Source of the DNA: Octopus sinensis
Lineage: Eukaryota
Length of the DNA stretch: 64,000 bases
NCBI RefSeq assembly: GCF_006345805.1
Contig: NC_042999.1
Coordinates: 161,386,001 to 161,450,000 of the forward strand
Reading direction: 5' to 3'
Under the pieces are notes generated by a model. That model worked only from the letters and a program-made list of their open reading frames with translations. It was not told the DNA's origin and ran no database searches. Below, in pieces: positions 14,106 through 27,125 of this stretch. Numbering within the stretch: the first letter of the stretch is position 1; every line of letters begins with the position of its first letter. Position numbers and translations under genes: made by a program.

Positions 14106-14456
14106 TACATTTAGTGAAAGTGCAATGTAGAAGACAGTCAAGGTCGAATTTTATAGAATGGTAGAAATCACTTCCAGGAACTAATGTTTCTGCCAATGCT
14201 TGCAACGATAAACGCGTTCTATAACGTGTTTACAAGGGGATCTTTGAGAATAGGATAAAAAGCATTTCATTATTAAATAGGAGCAAAAAGATTTACTTTG
14301 TCATAAGGTAAAGAAATTAGAGATGTTCATTCCAAATTAAATTGTTTGTTATGATCCTTTTAGATACCAGATTAATTTACTAAGCCCCGTATTGTTCCGT
14401 TATTGATATGCGAGGATGAGGTTAAAAGACACTCTCTTTGAACAACTGCAAACTGT
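14106..14456. repeat. Duplicate of 16618-16978 (PLE endonuclease end plus first ~45 bp of RTE)
   Basis: Same sequence from tacatttagtgaaagtgc to gaacaactgcaaactgt. Differences are mostly single-base deletions in this copy. Confidence 0.9.
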
Positions 14457-14639
14457 ATATATCTTGACTGATGACTGAGGCTTCGAATGTCCCGTCCGTG
14501 GTTCTTGTGTCGTCTCTGTGGGTGTTTCATGTCTTGTCCAGTCTGTAATTAATGTTACTGTTTACCTATATATTATATATATATATATTATATATATATT
14601 ATATATATACATATATGATATATATCGGATACTATATAA

Positions 14640-14688
<49 letters not shown>

Positions 14689-14889
14689 TATATATATATA
14701 TTATATATATATATATATGTGTGTATGTATATATGTATATATGTGTGTGTGTGTGTATGTGATATATATATATATATATATTGTGTGTTGTGTGGTGTGT
14801 ATATGTGTATACATATACATATATAGTATATACATTTATATATTATATATATAATATATATATATATATATAGATATATATATATATAT

Positions 14890-16931
14890 AAATTAATGTA
14901 TTTTTCCAGTGTTTACAATAACCCGGAAAAATACATAAACGGTTACCAGGGTAGCAAAATTTACACAAGTAACAAGGATGTAACTGCCTATTTATAAAGG
15001 CAGAAACTCCAGGTTTAGGCGAAATGTTTTGTATAATATAGATAAATAAATGAATGTAGTTAAACGCATTTGTTATTCCAATTATTTTACCTTCGACATA
15101 TATTTTGAAGACAACAGTAGTATTATTCCAGAAGGAATAAAATGGTGTAAAATAATCCAATCTTCTCATCACGGAAAGAAAGAAACCAATCACATCAATA
15201 AAACATTTTAACAGATATAACGTCAAAGGTAGTTTGTAGAAAGAGAAGGAGGAGAAAAAAAGAAATTACCAGAAAACCAATAATGGAGAGATATAGGAGC
15301 GATAGGTGAATTAGAATAAAGCTTAAAGGAATGGACGTAGATACGAGGGACGTTCAATAAGTAATGCCTCTGACCCACTTGCAGTTGTTGGATCTAGCTG
15401 AAATTTTGCATGTGCAATTATTTATATCTCTATAGAGTAAGTGGCAAATTGTGGTTTCTGATTTACAGGTGTTTGAACCGAGTCAAGTGTGAAATGGAGC
15501 CTGTTGAGTGTCGAGCAGTGATCTGGTTTTTGTATTTGAAAGGACGCACACCACGGGAGACTTTTGATGAAATGAAAGTAACTTATGGTGATGATGCCCC
15601 ATCATATGACCTTGTAAAACGCTGGCATCGTGAATTCAAACATGGTCGGAACTCTGTGGAAACAGCTCCCAGATCTGGTCGCCCTTTCTGCCATTGATGA
15701 GGCATCTGTCCGTCAAGTTGAGGCTGCCATTTTGGAAGATCGACGCATAATATTCGCCAGATAGCCCATGAGGTCAAGATTAGTACCGGGTCTGTGGAAA
15801 CTATCATTCATGACCATTTGCATATGCAAAAGGTGTCTGCCAGATGGATTCCCAGGTTGCTCACGCCTTTCCAGAAGCAAGAACGCGTTGAGTGCTCGAG
15901 GGTGAATTTGGAGATGTGCCAAGAAGATGAGTCAAAATTTTTCAAAAGACTGATTACACAGGATGAAACCTGGGTCCCATCACGATGATCCAGAGACCAA
16001 AGCCCAGTCAATGCAGTGGAAGCACCGTGACTCACCCCCTCCAAAGAAGGCAAGGATGCAGCCCTCCGCTGGCAAGGTCATGCTCACAGTCTTCTGGGAC
16101 CAGGACGGAGTAGTGATGAAAGATTTCCTGGGCAAAGGGTACCACAATTGCAGGAGCCTATTATGCTTCACTTTTGAGGAAATTAAGAGAAGTTATCAAA
16201 ATCAAGAGGCGGGGCAAAATCAGCAAGACATCCTCCTCTGCAGGACAAACGCTCCGGTCCACAACTCGCTTGTCGCCAGATCAGAAGCACAGGCGTATGC
16301 TATGAACTCCTCCCCCATCCCCCTACTCTCCTGACCTTGCACCCTCTGATTTTCACCTCTTCCCCAGTCATGAAGCTGTTTTGAAAGGAAAGCGTTTCCC
16401 AGATGATGCAGCCTTGATTTCTGAAGTCACGTTCAGGTTGGAGGACCAAGCTGGGGTCTTCTACAAAAACGGTCTCCAGAGCTGCAATCAAACAATGGGA
16501 GAAATGCGTACTACTCTGGGTGGTTGCTATGTAGAAAAGACTAATAACTGTGCCAAGTTTCGTTGCTCTACTGCTATGGGAAGTGGGTCAGGGGCATTAC
16601 TTATTGAACGCCCCTCGTACATTTAGTGAAAGTGCAATGTAAGAAGACAGTCAAAGGTCGAATTTTATAGAATGGTAGAAATCACTTCCAGGAACTAATG
16701 TTTCTGCCAATGCTTGCAACGATAAACGCGTTCTATAAACGTGTTTACAAGGGGATTCTTTGAGAATAGGATAAAAAGCATTTCATTATTAAATAGGGAG
16801 CAAAAAGATTTACCTTTGTCATAAGGTAAAGAAATATAGAGAATGTTCCATTCCAAATTAAATTGTTTGTTATGATCCTTTTAGATACCAGATTAATTTA
16901 CTAAGCCCAGTATTGTTCCGTTTATTGATAT
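14890..16931 (-). mobile_element. PLE fragment (endonuclease C-terminus plus pseudo-LTR) interrupted by a mariner element
   Basis: Homologous in reverse to 55140-55820. The minus strand of 16680-16931 encodes HINKRNNTGLSKLIW...YDKGKSFCSLFNNEMLFILFSKNPLVNTFIERVYRCKHW. Decayed HHR at ~15090-15175 (GTGATGA...AAAA). The mariner splits it at gata|catt. Confidence 0.8.
15344..16617 (+). mobile_element. Full-length mariner (DD34D-type) transposon with frameshifted transposase
   Basis: TIRs cgagggacgttcaataagtaatgcctctgacccactt / aagtgggtcaggggcattacttattgaacgcccctcg with TA on both sides. ATG at 15494 (MEPVECRAVIWFLYLKG...RSGRP), WIPRLLT, ITQDETWV, YSPDLAPSDFHLF (~16324-16365). Confidence 0.95.
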
Positions 16932-18072
16932 GCAGAGGATGAGGTGAAAGACACTCTCTTTGAACAACTGCAAACTGTTGTCGAGAATGTGCACAAACAT
17001 ATGGTCATATTGGAGATATGAATGCCCAGGCTGGAGCAAATAATAAGGGGAATGAGAAAATAATGGGTAAACATGGAACAGAAATCATCAACAGTAATGG
17101 CGAAGGGCTTGTAGAATTCTGCGGAATGAATGATCTCGTCATTTATGGAACTATATTCCCACACAAGGACATTCACGAAAACACCTGGACCTTTCCAGAT
17201 AAAAGAACAACAAATCAAATTGATCATACACTCGTCAAATGTAAATACTGCTCATCAATAAAAGATACCCGGGTCATGAGAGGCGCTGATGTTGTAAGTG
17301 GTCATCAGCTTGTAAGGTCACAAGTGAAGTTGAAACTTCGAAAACACCTGTACAAGACAAAGACAAACCCAAGAACAAGATATGGCACTTGCAAACTACA
17401 AAATCAAATAATCAAAAGCAAGTTCACTATGAAACTGAAGAATAAATTTGCTTTGCTTGAGGCAATTCCAGATGATACTGACATAGAAGAGAAATGGAAA
17501 AACTTCGATAAAGCATTCAACCAGACAGCCAAAGAAGTACTTGGTGTAAAAAAAAAGAATCGAAAACCGTGGATAGGACCAGACTCTTGGGAAAAGGTTG
17601 AAGAGAGAAAACACCTCAAAATTAAAACTGAAAATGCCAAGTCTATCAGAATTAAAACAGCAGGTGCAAATGGAATACAAAGCCAAAGAAGGAGATGTCA
17701 AATCAAGTATAAATGAGTAGAGAATTTTGCAAACGATGCTGAAAGAGCAGCTAATAATGGTCAAATGAAAACACTATATGAAATAACCAGAACAATATGT
17801 AATGAAAAACCACGTCAAGCATCAAGTGATATCAAGAATAAACAGGGTAAAATCATAACAGATAACAAGAGAAAAAAAAGACAAGATGGAAAGAACATAT
17901 TTTGAAGAAGGAGTGGCTGTGTGGTAAGTAGCTTGCTAACCAACCACACGGTTCCGGGTTCAGTCCCACTGCGTGGCATCTTGGTCAAGTGTCTTCTGCT
18001 ATAGCCCCGGGCCGACCAATGCCTTGTGAGTGGATTTGGTAGACGGAAACTGAAAGAAGCCTGTCGTATATA

Positions 18073-18104
<32 letters not shown>

Positions 18105-19897
18105 GCGTGTGTATGTGCTTGTGTGTTTGTGTTTGTCTCTTAGCATTGCTTGACAACCGATGCTGGTGTGTTTACGTCCCCGTCACTTAGCGGTTCAGCA
18201 AAAGAGACCGATAGAATAAGTACTGGTCTTACAAAGAATAAGTCCCGGGGTCGATTTGCTCGACTAAAGGCGGTGCTCCAGCATGGCCGCAGTCAAGTGA
18301 CTGAAACAAGTAAAAGAGTTAGTATTAAATAGACACACCCCACACAATCCAGTGGAAATGGAAAATATTGTAATTCCAGAGGTGCAGACCATTGACACCA
18401 GCCCTGCAAGCAAAACAGAAATCAAGAATGTAATCAGAAAATTAAAAAATGGGAAGGCAGGAGGAGTTAACATGATAACACCAGAGTTATTGAAGGCAGA
18501 CATTGAAACATCCTCAGGCAAACTGCACAGTATTATAAATGATATTTGGGATCAAGAGAAAAGATATCATGACTAGAAGAAAGGACTGATTGCTAAGTTA
18601 CCAAAGAAAGATCTATCTGAATGTGGAAACTGGAGGGGAATAACACTTCTACCTATAACAAGTCAAGTGCTAGGAAGAATCATAGCAGGATGCAAAATGG
18701 TATTGATAAGAAACTCAGACCTGAACAAACAGGCTTCCGTGAAGGTAAAAATACCACCGAACAAATATTCATCTTGAGAAACATTACTGATAAGTGCTTA
18801 GAATGGCAATCTTCTTTGTATATAAACTTCATCGATTTCGAAAAAGCTTTCGATTCAGTTCATAGGGACAGTTTATGAGAGATCATGAGGCAGTATGGCA
18901 TACCAGGCAAAATTATCAACATAGTCAAATTAATGTACAAAGATGGTGAATGTGCAGTACTGGGCGATGGTGAAATGACAGGATGGCTCCAAGTAAAGAC
19001 AGGCGTAAAACAAGGCTGCGTTATGTCAGGATTCTTGTTTCTACTCATCATAAACTGGGTCATGAGGAAGACCACCATGAATAACAACATTGGGATAAGA
19101 TGGCAAATAACGTCATGCTTTGAAGACCTGGACTATGCTGACGACATTGCTTTACTGTCTTCCAGCCAACCACAGATGCAACAGAAAACCAACAAAATGT
19201 CAAGTCTTGCAAAGAGAGTGGGATTAAAGACCAACGAGAAGAAGACTAAGGCCTTGCGATTGAACAACAAGAAGACTGACCCTATTCAAATAGATGAAAA
19301 GGACATTGAAGACGTGGATGAGTTCACCTATCTAGGTGTAATGGTCAGTAAAGAAGATGGTGGAGGGGAAGATATGATAAGCAGAATCAATAGAGCCAGA
19401 AGTGCTTTTATCAAATTGGACAAAGTATGACGATCAAAACAGTTTGGAAGGGATACAAAAATCAAACTCTACAAAACGCCGGTAAGACCTGTACTTCTTT
19501 ATTGCTGTGAACCTTGGAAAATGAACAATAGTGATGAGAGGAAACTGGATTCTTTTCAGTACAAAGGCCTGAAGAAAATTATGCAGATAGGGTAGCCAAT
19601 GGATGAACTCAACAAAATAACCCAGTATCCCAGGATAAGCCAAGAAGTAAAAAGAAAAAGATGGAATTGGATTGGACATGCATTGGGAAAGGAACCCAAT
19701 CATCTTGCATGATTGCCTTGACTTGGCAACTCGAGGGGAAGAGAAAACTGGTGAATCAAAAACCACATGGAGAAGGACAATGGAAAAGGAAAAGAATCAA
19801 GCTGGATGGTAATCATGGAATGCGACAAAAAAATTTGCAAAACGGGGGAATAAATGGAAAACGAGTGTAGCCCTTATGTGCCAGCTAACACGAAGAG
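16932..19897 (+). mobile_element. 5'-truncated RTE-clade LINE (APE endonuclease plus RT), degraded
   Basis: DEVKDTLFEQLQ...GDMNAQ...NSNGEGLVEFC...TTNQIDH (APE); PKKDLSECGNWRGITL, EQTGFREG, FIDFEKAFDSVHR, GVKQGCVMS, LDYADDIALL (RT). Ends gcccttatgtgccagctaacacgaagagaa followed by (TAGA)n. Confidence 0.93.
17909..18320 (+). mobile_element. SINE family A inserted in the RTE LINE
   Basis: Full A-box/B-box copy. Removing it rejoins ...tggaaagaacatattttgaagaa|gtattaaataga..., an RTE-typical WKEHF-EEVLNR-like motif. Confidence 0.92.
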
Positions 19898-19898
19898 A

Positions 19899-19979
<81 letters not shown>

Positions 19980-19996
19980 GATAGATAGATAGATAG
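19898..19996 (+). repeat. (TAGA)n tail of the RTE element
   Basis: Near-perfect tetranucleotide array directly after the RTE 3' end. Confidence 0.85.
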
Positions 19997-21601
19997 AAAT
20001 TTATTCATTTCACACTTAATGTTAGTGTCTAACTCTCTAGTATTTTCCTTGAGTTTGTTAATATTTGTCTGGAAATAGGTCATCCATTTTGTTATTTTTC
20101 CATTACGTTCGATCTCTCTTAGTCCATTTGTTGGCAAATGCTAACTGCAGCACAGAAAAGAACATTCGATGTCCAACAGCTGAATTCTTGTGACTAGTTG
20201 TTCCTTTGCTACTTGGCCCATTGCGGATAACTTCAGATCGTTAGGTTTTTATGTCGGTTAGTGTGTTTAGTGTTCCCTCAAGCAATTGTACGTTAATGTA
20301 GGAGGTGAAGTTTTATTAGAATTTTATTGTTCACTGTGCTTTGAGTTCTTTATACCTTCACCCATTACAATTGGTTGTTTATAATTAGTTACTGCCTGTT
20401 GGTTTAATGGCAGAATGTGTTTTCAATGTTATTGTTGTTAGCGCATCAGTAGTGGTCCGTGTTGTTTACAGTCTTCTTAGGAGAAGGTTTCACAAGTCTG
20501 GTTTGTTTTTTATTTAATGTACGAGACTGATGGCCGATAGTGATAACAGAACATCTTTTTTCTCAACGAAGGTTACTGACGAAACTGTTAGACACTGAAA
20601 TGCGAATAGCTGGGGTATTTTAGATCCCGATCTTTCTTCATCCATAGCTGAAAGAGGGCCTGTTTCCAATCTATTTAGAGACCTTGAGATTTCAGAGACC
20701 TTGATCCAATTCAATTTGGTATGTGAGTGCGTTGTTTGTATGAAGTGTTTGATATTTGTAACTTGGTGTCTATATGGTGCGGGTATGTTTGTGTGCATCT
20801 GAGCATGTATTTATGTGAATGTGGTTTAACGTGCAATGTTGAGTGAGATTGCTGTATTGAGTACTTACGTCCAAGGTGTAAGTGTTTTCTTTCTGTATGA
20901 CAATAAGCCCAAACCATTGTTTATATGTTATAATTTGAACTATAGTACCTCTCATACCTGCACAATTTGACCATGGCGGAATTTGAAAGTTAGATAGAAT
21001 TAAATTAAAACAAATAGTACATGTAAATTGTCTATTCGCTTGTATTCGACCATTTTACACTAGATGTAAAATGGAGTATAACATGATGTGGAACATGATG
21101 ATGAGATACGCCGGAAGTGAAAAAATGTTTGAGAATCCTTGACTTAAGCCATCGATGCATTTCTTTTAGCTACAATCTACAATCAGTTTCACTGATTAAG
21201 TAGATATTAGTAATTTTACCATCATTATCGTGAATTTAGTACTTCAATTTTCGATAACTAACAACTTAAATGAGCCAGCGAGGAAGATTACACAGAGTCA
21301 CTCGCCCAGCAAGAAATTGCACTCAGATCTTCCTCCAAATCCTTCGAAGGCATTTCTAGATATACAAAATGACTGGATGGTCATTTTGGTTATAAGTATT
21401 GTCACTCAAGCTGATCTGAGCTGAACACTGTATGAGTAACAATTTCCCTTCGAATATCTTGCGATTCTTGGTTCGTTCCACCTTGGATATATGACTTCTG
21501 CCTTAATTTCCGGTTGATCAGTACCTTGTGAGTGAAAGTTAACAGAGAAAATTGAACGAAAACCCGTGATAGATAGGTGCATGTTTGTATGCATGTGTGT
21601 A

Positions 21602-21663
<62 letters not shown>

Positions 21664-21738
21664 ACTATATATCTAACTATCTCTCTTTCTCTCTCTATAT
21701 TATATATATATACATATATCCACCACATATAAATATAT

Positions 21739-21769
<31 letters not shown>

Positions 21770-21770
21770 C

Positions 21771-21801
<31 letters not shown>

Positions 21802-21903
21802 AACAAGAAGGGATTAATTGAGTTCTACCAGGTGCCCAGCAACAAAAGACGAATTAGTCATAACAAAAATATTATTCCTTATACAAAATATTATTCATGT
21901 AGT

Positions 21904-22562
21904 TATACAATTAAGGCTCCTAATTAAGATGCCGAGTGCTGGAACACAAAAGGGGATAATTTTATCGAGAGTGAAAATCAAAAACGTTTACCCGATAACT
22001 TTAACAACTCGAACTAACCGCGGTTCTGCTTCTTTCTTCTAGCAAAACACAGAATATGTTTGCTAAGGCTAGCTTCGTCAGCGAGTCGCCTAAATGAATC
22101 GAGGTCTGCAGCGATGTGGGACCATGTTTTGATCCCGACTACTAGCAGATCTTAACTTTTCAAATCTCTGCGCAGACGCAAAACTTACACGGCAGTATAG
22201 GGCATGCCGGGAAGAATTTTACGAATAAATCCATCATGTAATATGCGAATATTCTTCCCGGCATGCCCTATACTGCCGTGTAAGTTTTGCGTCTGCGCAG
22301 AGATTTGAAAAGTTAAGATCTGCTAGTAGTCGGGATCAACACATGGTCCCACATCGCTGCAGACCTCGATTCAATTTAGGCGACTCGCTGACGAAGCTAG
22401 CCTTAGCAAACATATTCTGTGTTTTGCTAGAAAGAAGCAGAAACCGCGGTTCGAGTTGTTAAAGTTATCGGTAAACGTTTTTGATTTTCACTCTCGATAA
22501 ATTCATCCCCTTTTTATGTTCCCAGCACTCGGCATCTTAATTTAGGAGCCCTTAATTGTATA
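21904..22562. repeat. ~660 bp palindrome (arms 21904-22217 and 22251-22562, ~33 nt spacer)
   Basis: The arms are reverse complements apart from mostly homopolymer indels. Confidence 0.95.
22382..22457 (+). ncRNA. Hammerhead ribozyme-like motif (mirror copy at 22006-22087, minus strand)
   Basis: gactcg CTGACGA agc[tagcaaa...tttgcta hairpin]agca GAAA c-cgcg-gt t cgagtt. Stem I is 6 bp, stem III palindromic ACCGCGGT. Stem II junction is imperfect. Confidence 0.55.
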
Positions 22563-22942
22563 TATATATATATACATATATATACATATATATGTGTGTA
22601 TGTGTGTGTCTTCATAATGTACCTCACTAGAATCCCGACCCATCGGACACTCTGGAGTATACTAAATACCGTACGACCAATATAATGTATACTTTTGAAT
22701 TAGTCCATAGGCTATAAAACACTCATAAGGGTTAAATTTTCTATATAGATAACTTGAATATTCCACAGGATCTACATCGGTGCCCATCATATTTATTCGA
22801 CTAAAAGTGTTGTACAGTTCTAAAAATAATGTAAATAATGTAAAAATGTTGTTTACAAGTTATTTCGACCCAATCTGGTGACCATCATTTAAATACCTTA
22901 TTCAATCGAATCTTTAATATTATATATATATATATATATATA

Positions 22943-23120
22943 TTACTTGTTTCAGTCATTTAACTGCGGCCATGTGCTGGAGCGCCTCCTTAAAGTATGT
23001 TAGTCGATGAAACCGACCCAGAACTTATTCTTTGTAAGCCTAGTACTTATTCTATCGGTCTCTTATGCTGAACCACTGAACTACGAGGGTCATAACACAC
23101 CAGCATCGGTTGTCAAGCGA
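22943..23120 (-). mobile_element. SINE family A, 3' half
   Basis: tacttgtttcagtcatttaactgcggccatg...cagcatcggttgtcaagc. Confidence 0.8.
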
Positions 23121-23185
23121 TTGCGTGACACACACACAACACACGCACACACACACCCCACACACACACACATACATACATATAC

Positions 23186-23263
<78 letters not shown>

Positions 23264-24454
23264 ATAACCTATAAAATAAGGGCAAAAGAAAAATTCTAAT
23301 GCCAAATATGCTGAAAATAGACAAAATAGTCGATAATCATTATAATTTATGCGTATCGAAACAAGCCGATAGAAATTCCCCCCAAAAAAATTCCGTTATT
23401 ACCGTATTGGTCCCAATTTCAGAGTTAATTCATAAGAATTATGAATTATGGGTGGGTGAGTGGGTGTGTGCGTGTGTGTTACCGTATCAAATAAGGCCAC
23501 ATAATAATGCAACTAAATATATATTTCTTCTTTCTTTAACGCACCATGGCCATATGATGTAGTGTGTAGTATTATTTAGTGCTGTGTGATGTTATTCTGA
23601 ATGGTTTGGTGCAGTGTGGCATATTATGATATTACGTATGCTGTAATGTAGTACTGTATGGTGTAATATAGTGCAGCAATGTAACCTGCCGTGCTGCGGT
23701 GGGATGCGCTGTGACGTGCCGTAGTGTGTGCTGTGATGGTGTGGGGAATGTTGTGATGAATTGGTAGCATGTAGGCGTTAAGATAGTACTGTGTTCAGAA
23801 ACAGTCTTTCAAAATTGGAGGTCAGGCGAGAACGGGTGCGATTCGTTGATTGGTTTGGGAGGAAGGGAGGGCGGGTTATTGATGGTAAGAGACAGTAGAA
23901 TGAAGAAAATATCGACGATTCAATCAAAATATCAACGTGTAAACGACATGTATGTAAAGACATACATGTGTATGTCGCACACGCACACACACACTCTCAT
24001 ACACACACACACACACTCAACACATACACACACACACACATATATACGCATACTGTATATTTAATTTTTTTATAGTTTCGTTAACTTTATATTATATCTT
24101 TATAATTTAATTTTTATTTTTAAAAAATAACAAAAGTTGAGTATGAGCCAAATTTTTCGTTTAAATCCACTGTGGTGTGCATGTCAGTACTTGGTAGAAG
24201 AGAAGGGAGTGTGGTAGGGGTGTGTGTAATAAGGCCACAGTCTAATGACTGAAACAAGTAAAAGATAAAAGGCAAAGTGCGCTTGTAAAGTACATGAGAG
24301 AGAGAGAGAGAGAGAGAGAGTGTGTGTGTGTGTGTGTTGTGTGTGTGGTCAAATGTGGATTGGTAGTTGCTTTTGTGCAACTGTGTGTTTCTAACTTGCT
24401 TACTAAAAGAATGAGGAACATTGTAAGGTGAGAGTATGAAATTATGAAGGGATT

Positions 24455-25070
24455 AAGCGAGAAGAAGAAGAAGAAGAAGAAGAAGGAGGAGGAGGAGGAG
24501 AAGGAGGAGAAGAAAAAGAAGAAGAAGAAGAAATAAAGAAAGACTATACAAGAAGAACAAGAACAAGGAAACAAGAACAAGAGGAACAAGAACAAGAAGA
24601 AAGAAAAGAAGAAGAAGAAGAAGAGAAGAAAAGAAGAAAGAAGAAGAGAAAGACAGATAAAGAAGTAGAAGAAAAAGAAGAAGAAGAAGAAGAAGAAAAG
24701 AAGAAAGAAGAGGAGAAGAAAAAGAACAAGAAAGAAGAACAGAGAGAAGGAAGAGAAGATGAAGAAGAAGAAGAGAAGAAGAAAAAGAACAGAAGAAGGA
24801 AGAAGAAAAAGAACAAGAAGAAGAGAAGAATAAGAGAAGAAGAAGAAGAAAAAAGAAAAGGAGAAAAGAAGAGAACAAGAAGAAGAAGAAAAGAAAAAGA
24901 ACAAGAATAAGAAGAAGAAGGAGAAGAAGAAAGAAGAAGAAGAAATAGAATAAGAAGAAGAAGAAGAATAGAAGAAGAAGCAGAGAAGAAGAAGAAGAAG
25001 AAGAAGAAAGAGAGAAGAAGAAGAAGAGAAGACAAGAAGAAAGAAGAAGAAGAAGAAGAAGAAGAAGAAT
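24455..25070. repeat. Degenerate (GAA)n polypurine tract
   Basis: About 600 bp of almost only A/G. Confidence 0.95.
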
Positions 25071-26009
25071 GGAAATAGGATAAAAACAATCAGTATAAGA
25101 GAAAAGAAGAGAAAGTGGGGTTAAAGAAATGTTACTTTATTACTTCAATATGAAGAAGTTGTGGAAGAAAACAAAGAGGTACAAGCTCAATATTTTATCA
25201 AGATGGCGGCTCCGGTTATTGACCTACCACTTATATAATGACAGATCAGTTTTCGTTTTCCATTATTATCCACGAGAGTAAATTAGGAATGAAAGGGGTC
25301 CGTAGGTGAAAAATAGTTGAGAATCACTGGTCTAGAGCAATGCTGTTTTATAAGTGAACAAGAAATAAAGAACGTTTAATGCTAAGGAATAAACTAATCA
25401 AAGAAAGGCCAGGACATATGGCTCAGCTTGCAAGATATATTCAGAAAGAAGTAGCTAAATGTATGGAACAGAGAAGTGCTTCAGGATTTGCTCCCCCAGA
25501 TGTGCTGCCACCGCAATTGTCTGTTCCTGGTTCCTTAGCCACCCACCAAGAGGAAGAAAATGTGAATTCTGAGCCCCTTTACCTCAGCAAGACACTAATT
25601 CTGACAGTCCTTCACATCAAGGTATGTAAGTGCGTTTAGTTGCAAATACCAGGGCTTCGGTTTAGAAGCGCTGAAATGTTTTGTTTCAATCATAAAAATT
25701 CATTTGATTTTCATTTAATTTTCTTTTATTTCTTTATTAACCAACTTGAACTCATTTACAGGAAGTATTTTACAGGACAGGTGAGATGGTCACCTGCTTA
25801 GTTAAGAGTAATTTGACCACTCAATTATTCGGAGGAAAGGCAAAGTTGGCTTAAACAGATTTTGATCTGGCTTTGACTACTTTTCTTCTGACACGCCTAA
25901 ACTTTCTTTACGGCCTTCCAACACACTCGGTTTCATTTCTGCAAAGGTGAACCCTTTCAGAAACAGCACAGCTCACAACTCAGCACATACTTTCCCTCTG
26001 CATTGTTTT

Positions 26010-26194
26010 GTTACTTTTTGTTTCTCTCTCTTTCCCCCTCTCTCTCTCCCCTTCTCCCTCTCTCCCTCTCTCAGACTCTCTCTCCTTCTGTCACTCACTC
26101 TCTATCTCTGTCTCACTTTCTCTCCCCCTCTCTCTTTCTGTCTCTCTCTTTCTGTCTCTCTCTTTCTGTCTCTCTGTCTCTCTCTCTGTCTCTC

Positions 26195-26261
<67 letters not shown>

Positions 26262-26262
26262 A
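26010..26262. repeat. (CT)n polypyrimidine tract
   Basis: ctctct/ctgtct array. Confidence 0.9.
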
Positions 26263-26689
26263 GACAAAATTGCTTTCGCAATTTTATATTCGGTAACTGC
26301 TTGGTTCAATTTCTGTAGACATACCTAATTTTTCACGGCAGTGAATTGGCAGAATCTTTTCAGACAAAATACATTATGTCATTTGTTTCGGTTCTTCATG
26401 ATCTGAGCTCAAATCTCACCGAACTCAATTTTGCCTATAACCTTCACAACGTCGATAAAATTCAGTATTATTTAAATACTGAGGTTAAATGTTCCAAGAT
26501 TCAAAATTTATTAATCGAATTATATTATTTGTCAAGTTACACTAATTATCATCATAGTTAATATAGTGAGGAGAAATAGATGTAATTGGGGAGTGAGAAG
26601 ATAAAACTATAAGCACATTCACTAATATTGACTTACACAGATCCCAATGATCAGATCCCATCCCAGCGAATACATCTTAACGAATTTTA

Positions 26690-27115
26690 ATTACGACCAA
26701 TTGTAACGAGCCCAACCTGAGAAACACACAAACTTAACAACTTCGTAGATATATGGCTGAAACTCATTCAGGTGATCAACGTTCCATAAAAAAAACCTTT
26801 CGGTGCAACAAATACAAGTAACCTCAAAAGACTTAAAATTCGCTTCACCACCATAATACCCGAACGTTAATGAAACGCAGGACAATAGCTCTCATTTTGT
26901 AGAAAATTACTTGTCTAACACAAGAATTATTTGATAAGGAAAACAACACTGAATCAATTGTACGAAATGAAAGCAGTTACAACCCAACAAAAGGCAGAAG
27001 CAAAACAGTAAATAAATTCTGTGATTTTTATATCCAACTTCCCATATTATGAAATACAACACCCGAAATCCAACCCAAATGCTGTGACAATTATGAATGT
27101 TGAATATTACAGAAC
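26690..27115 (+). mobile_element. Highly degraded PLE RT fragments
   Basis: ttacgaccaattgtaacgagc... gives LRPIVTSPT*ETHKLNNFVDIWLK (PLE RPIV motif); gctgtgacaattatgaatgttgaatattacaga gives AVTIMNVEYYR. Confidence 0.5.
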
Positions 27116-27125
27116 CGCTACCGTA

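Noticed and set aside
20572-20610. gtta CTGACGA...GAAA tgcgaa tagc hammerhead-like motif
   Set aside because: Stem II is mismatched and the required U16.1 is absent; too degenerate to call.
22850-22900. Reverse-strand TGATGG...GGGTC GAAA motif
   Set aside because: The core is mutated and stem I does not pair.
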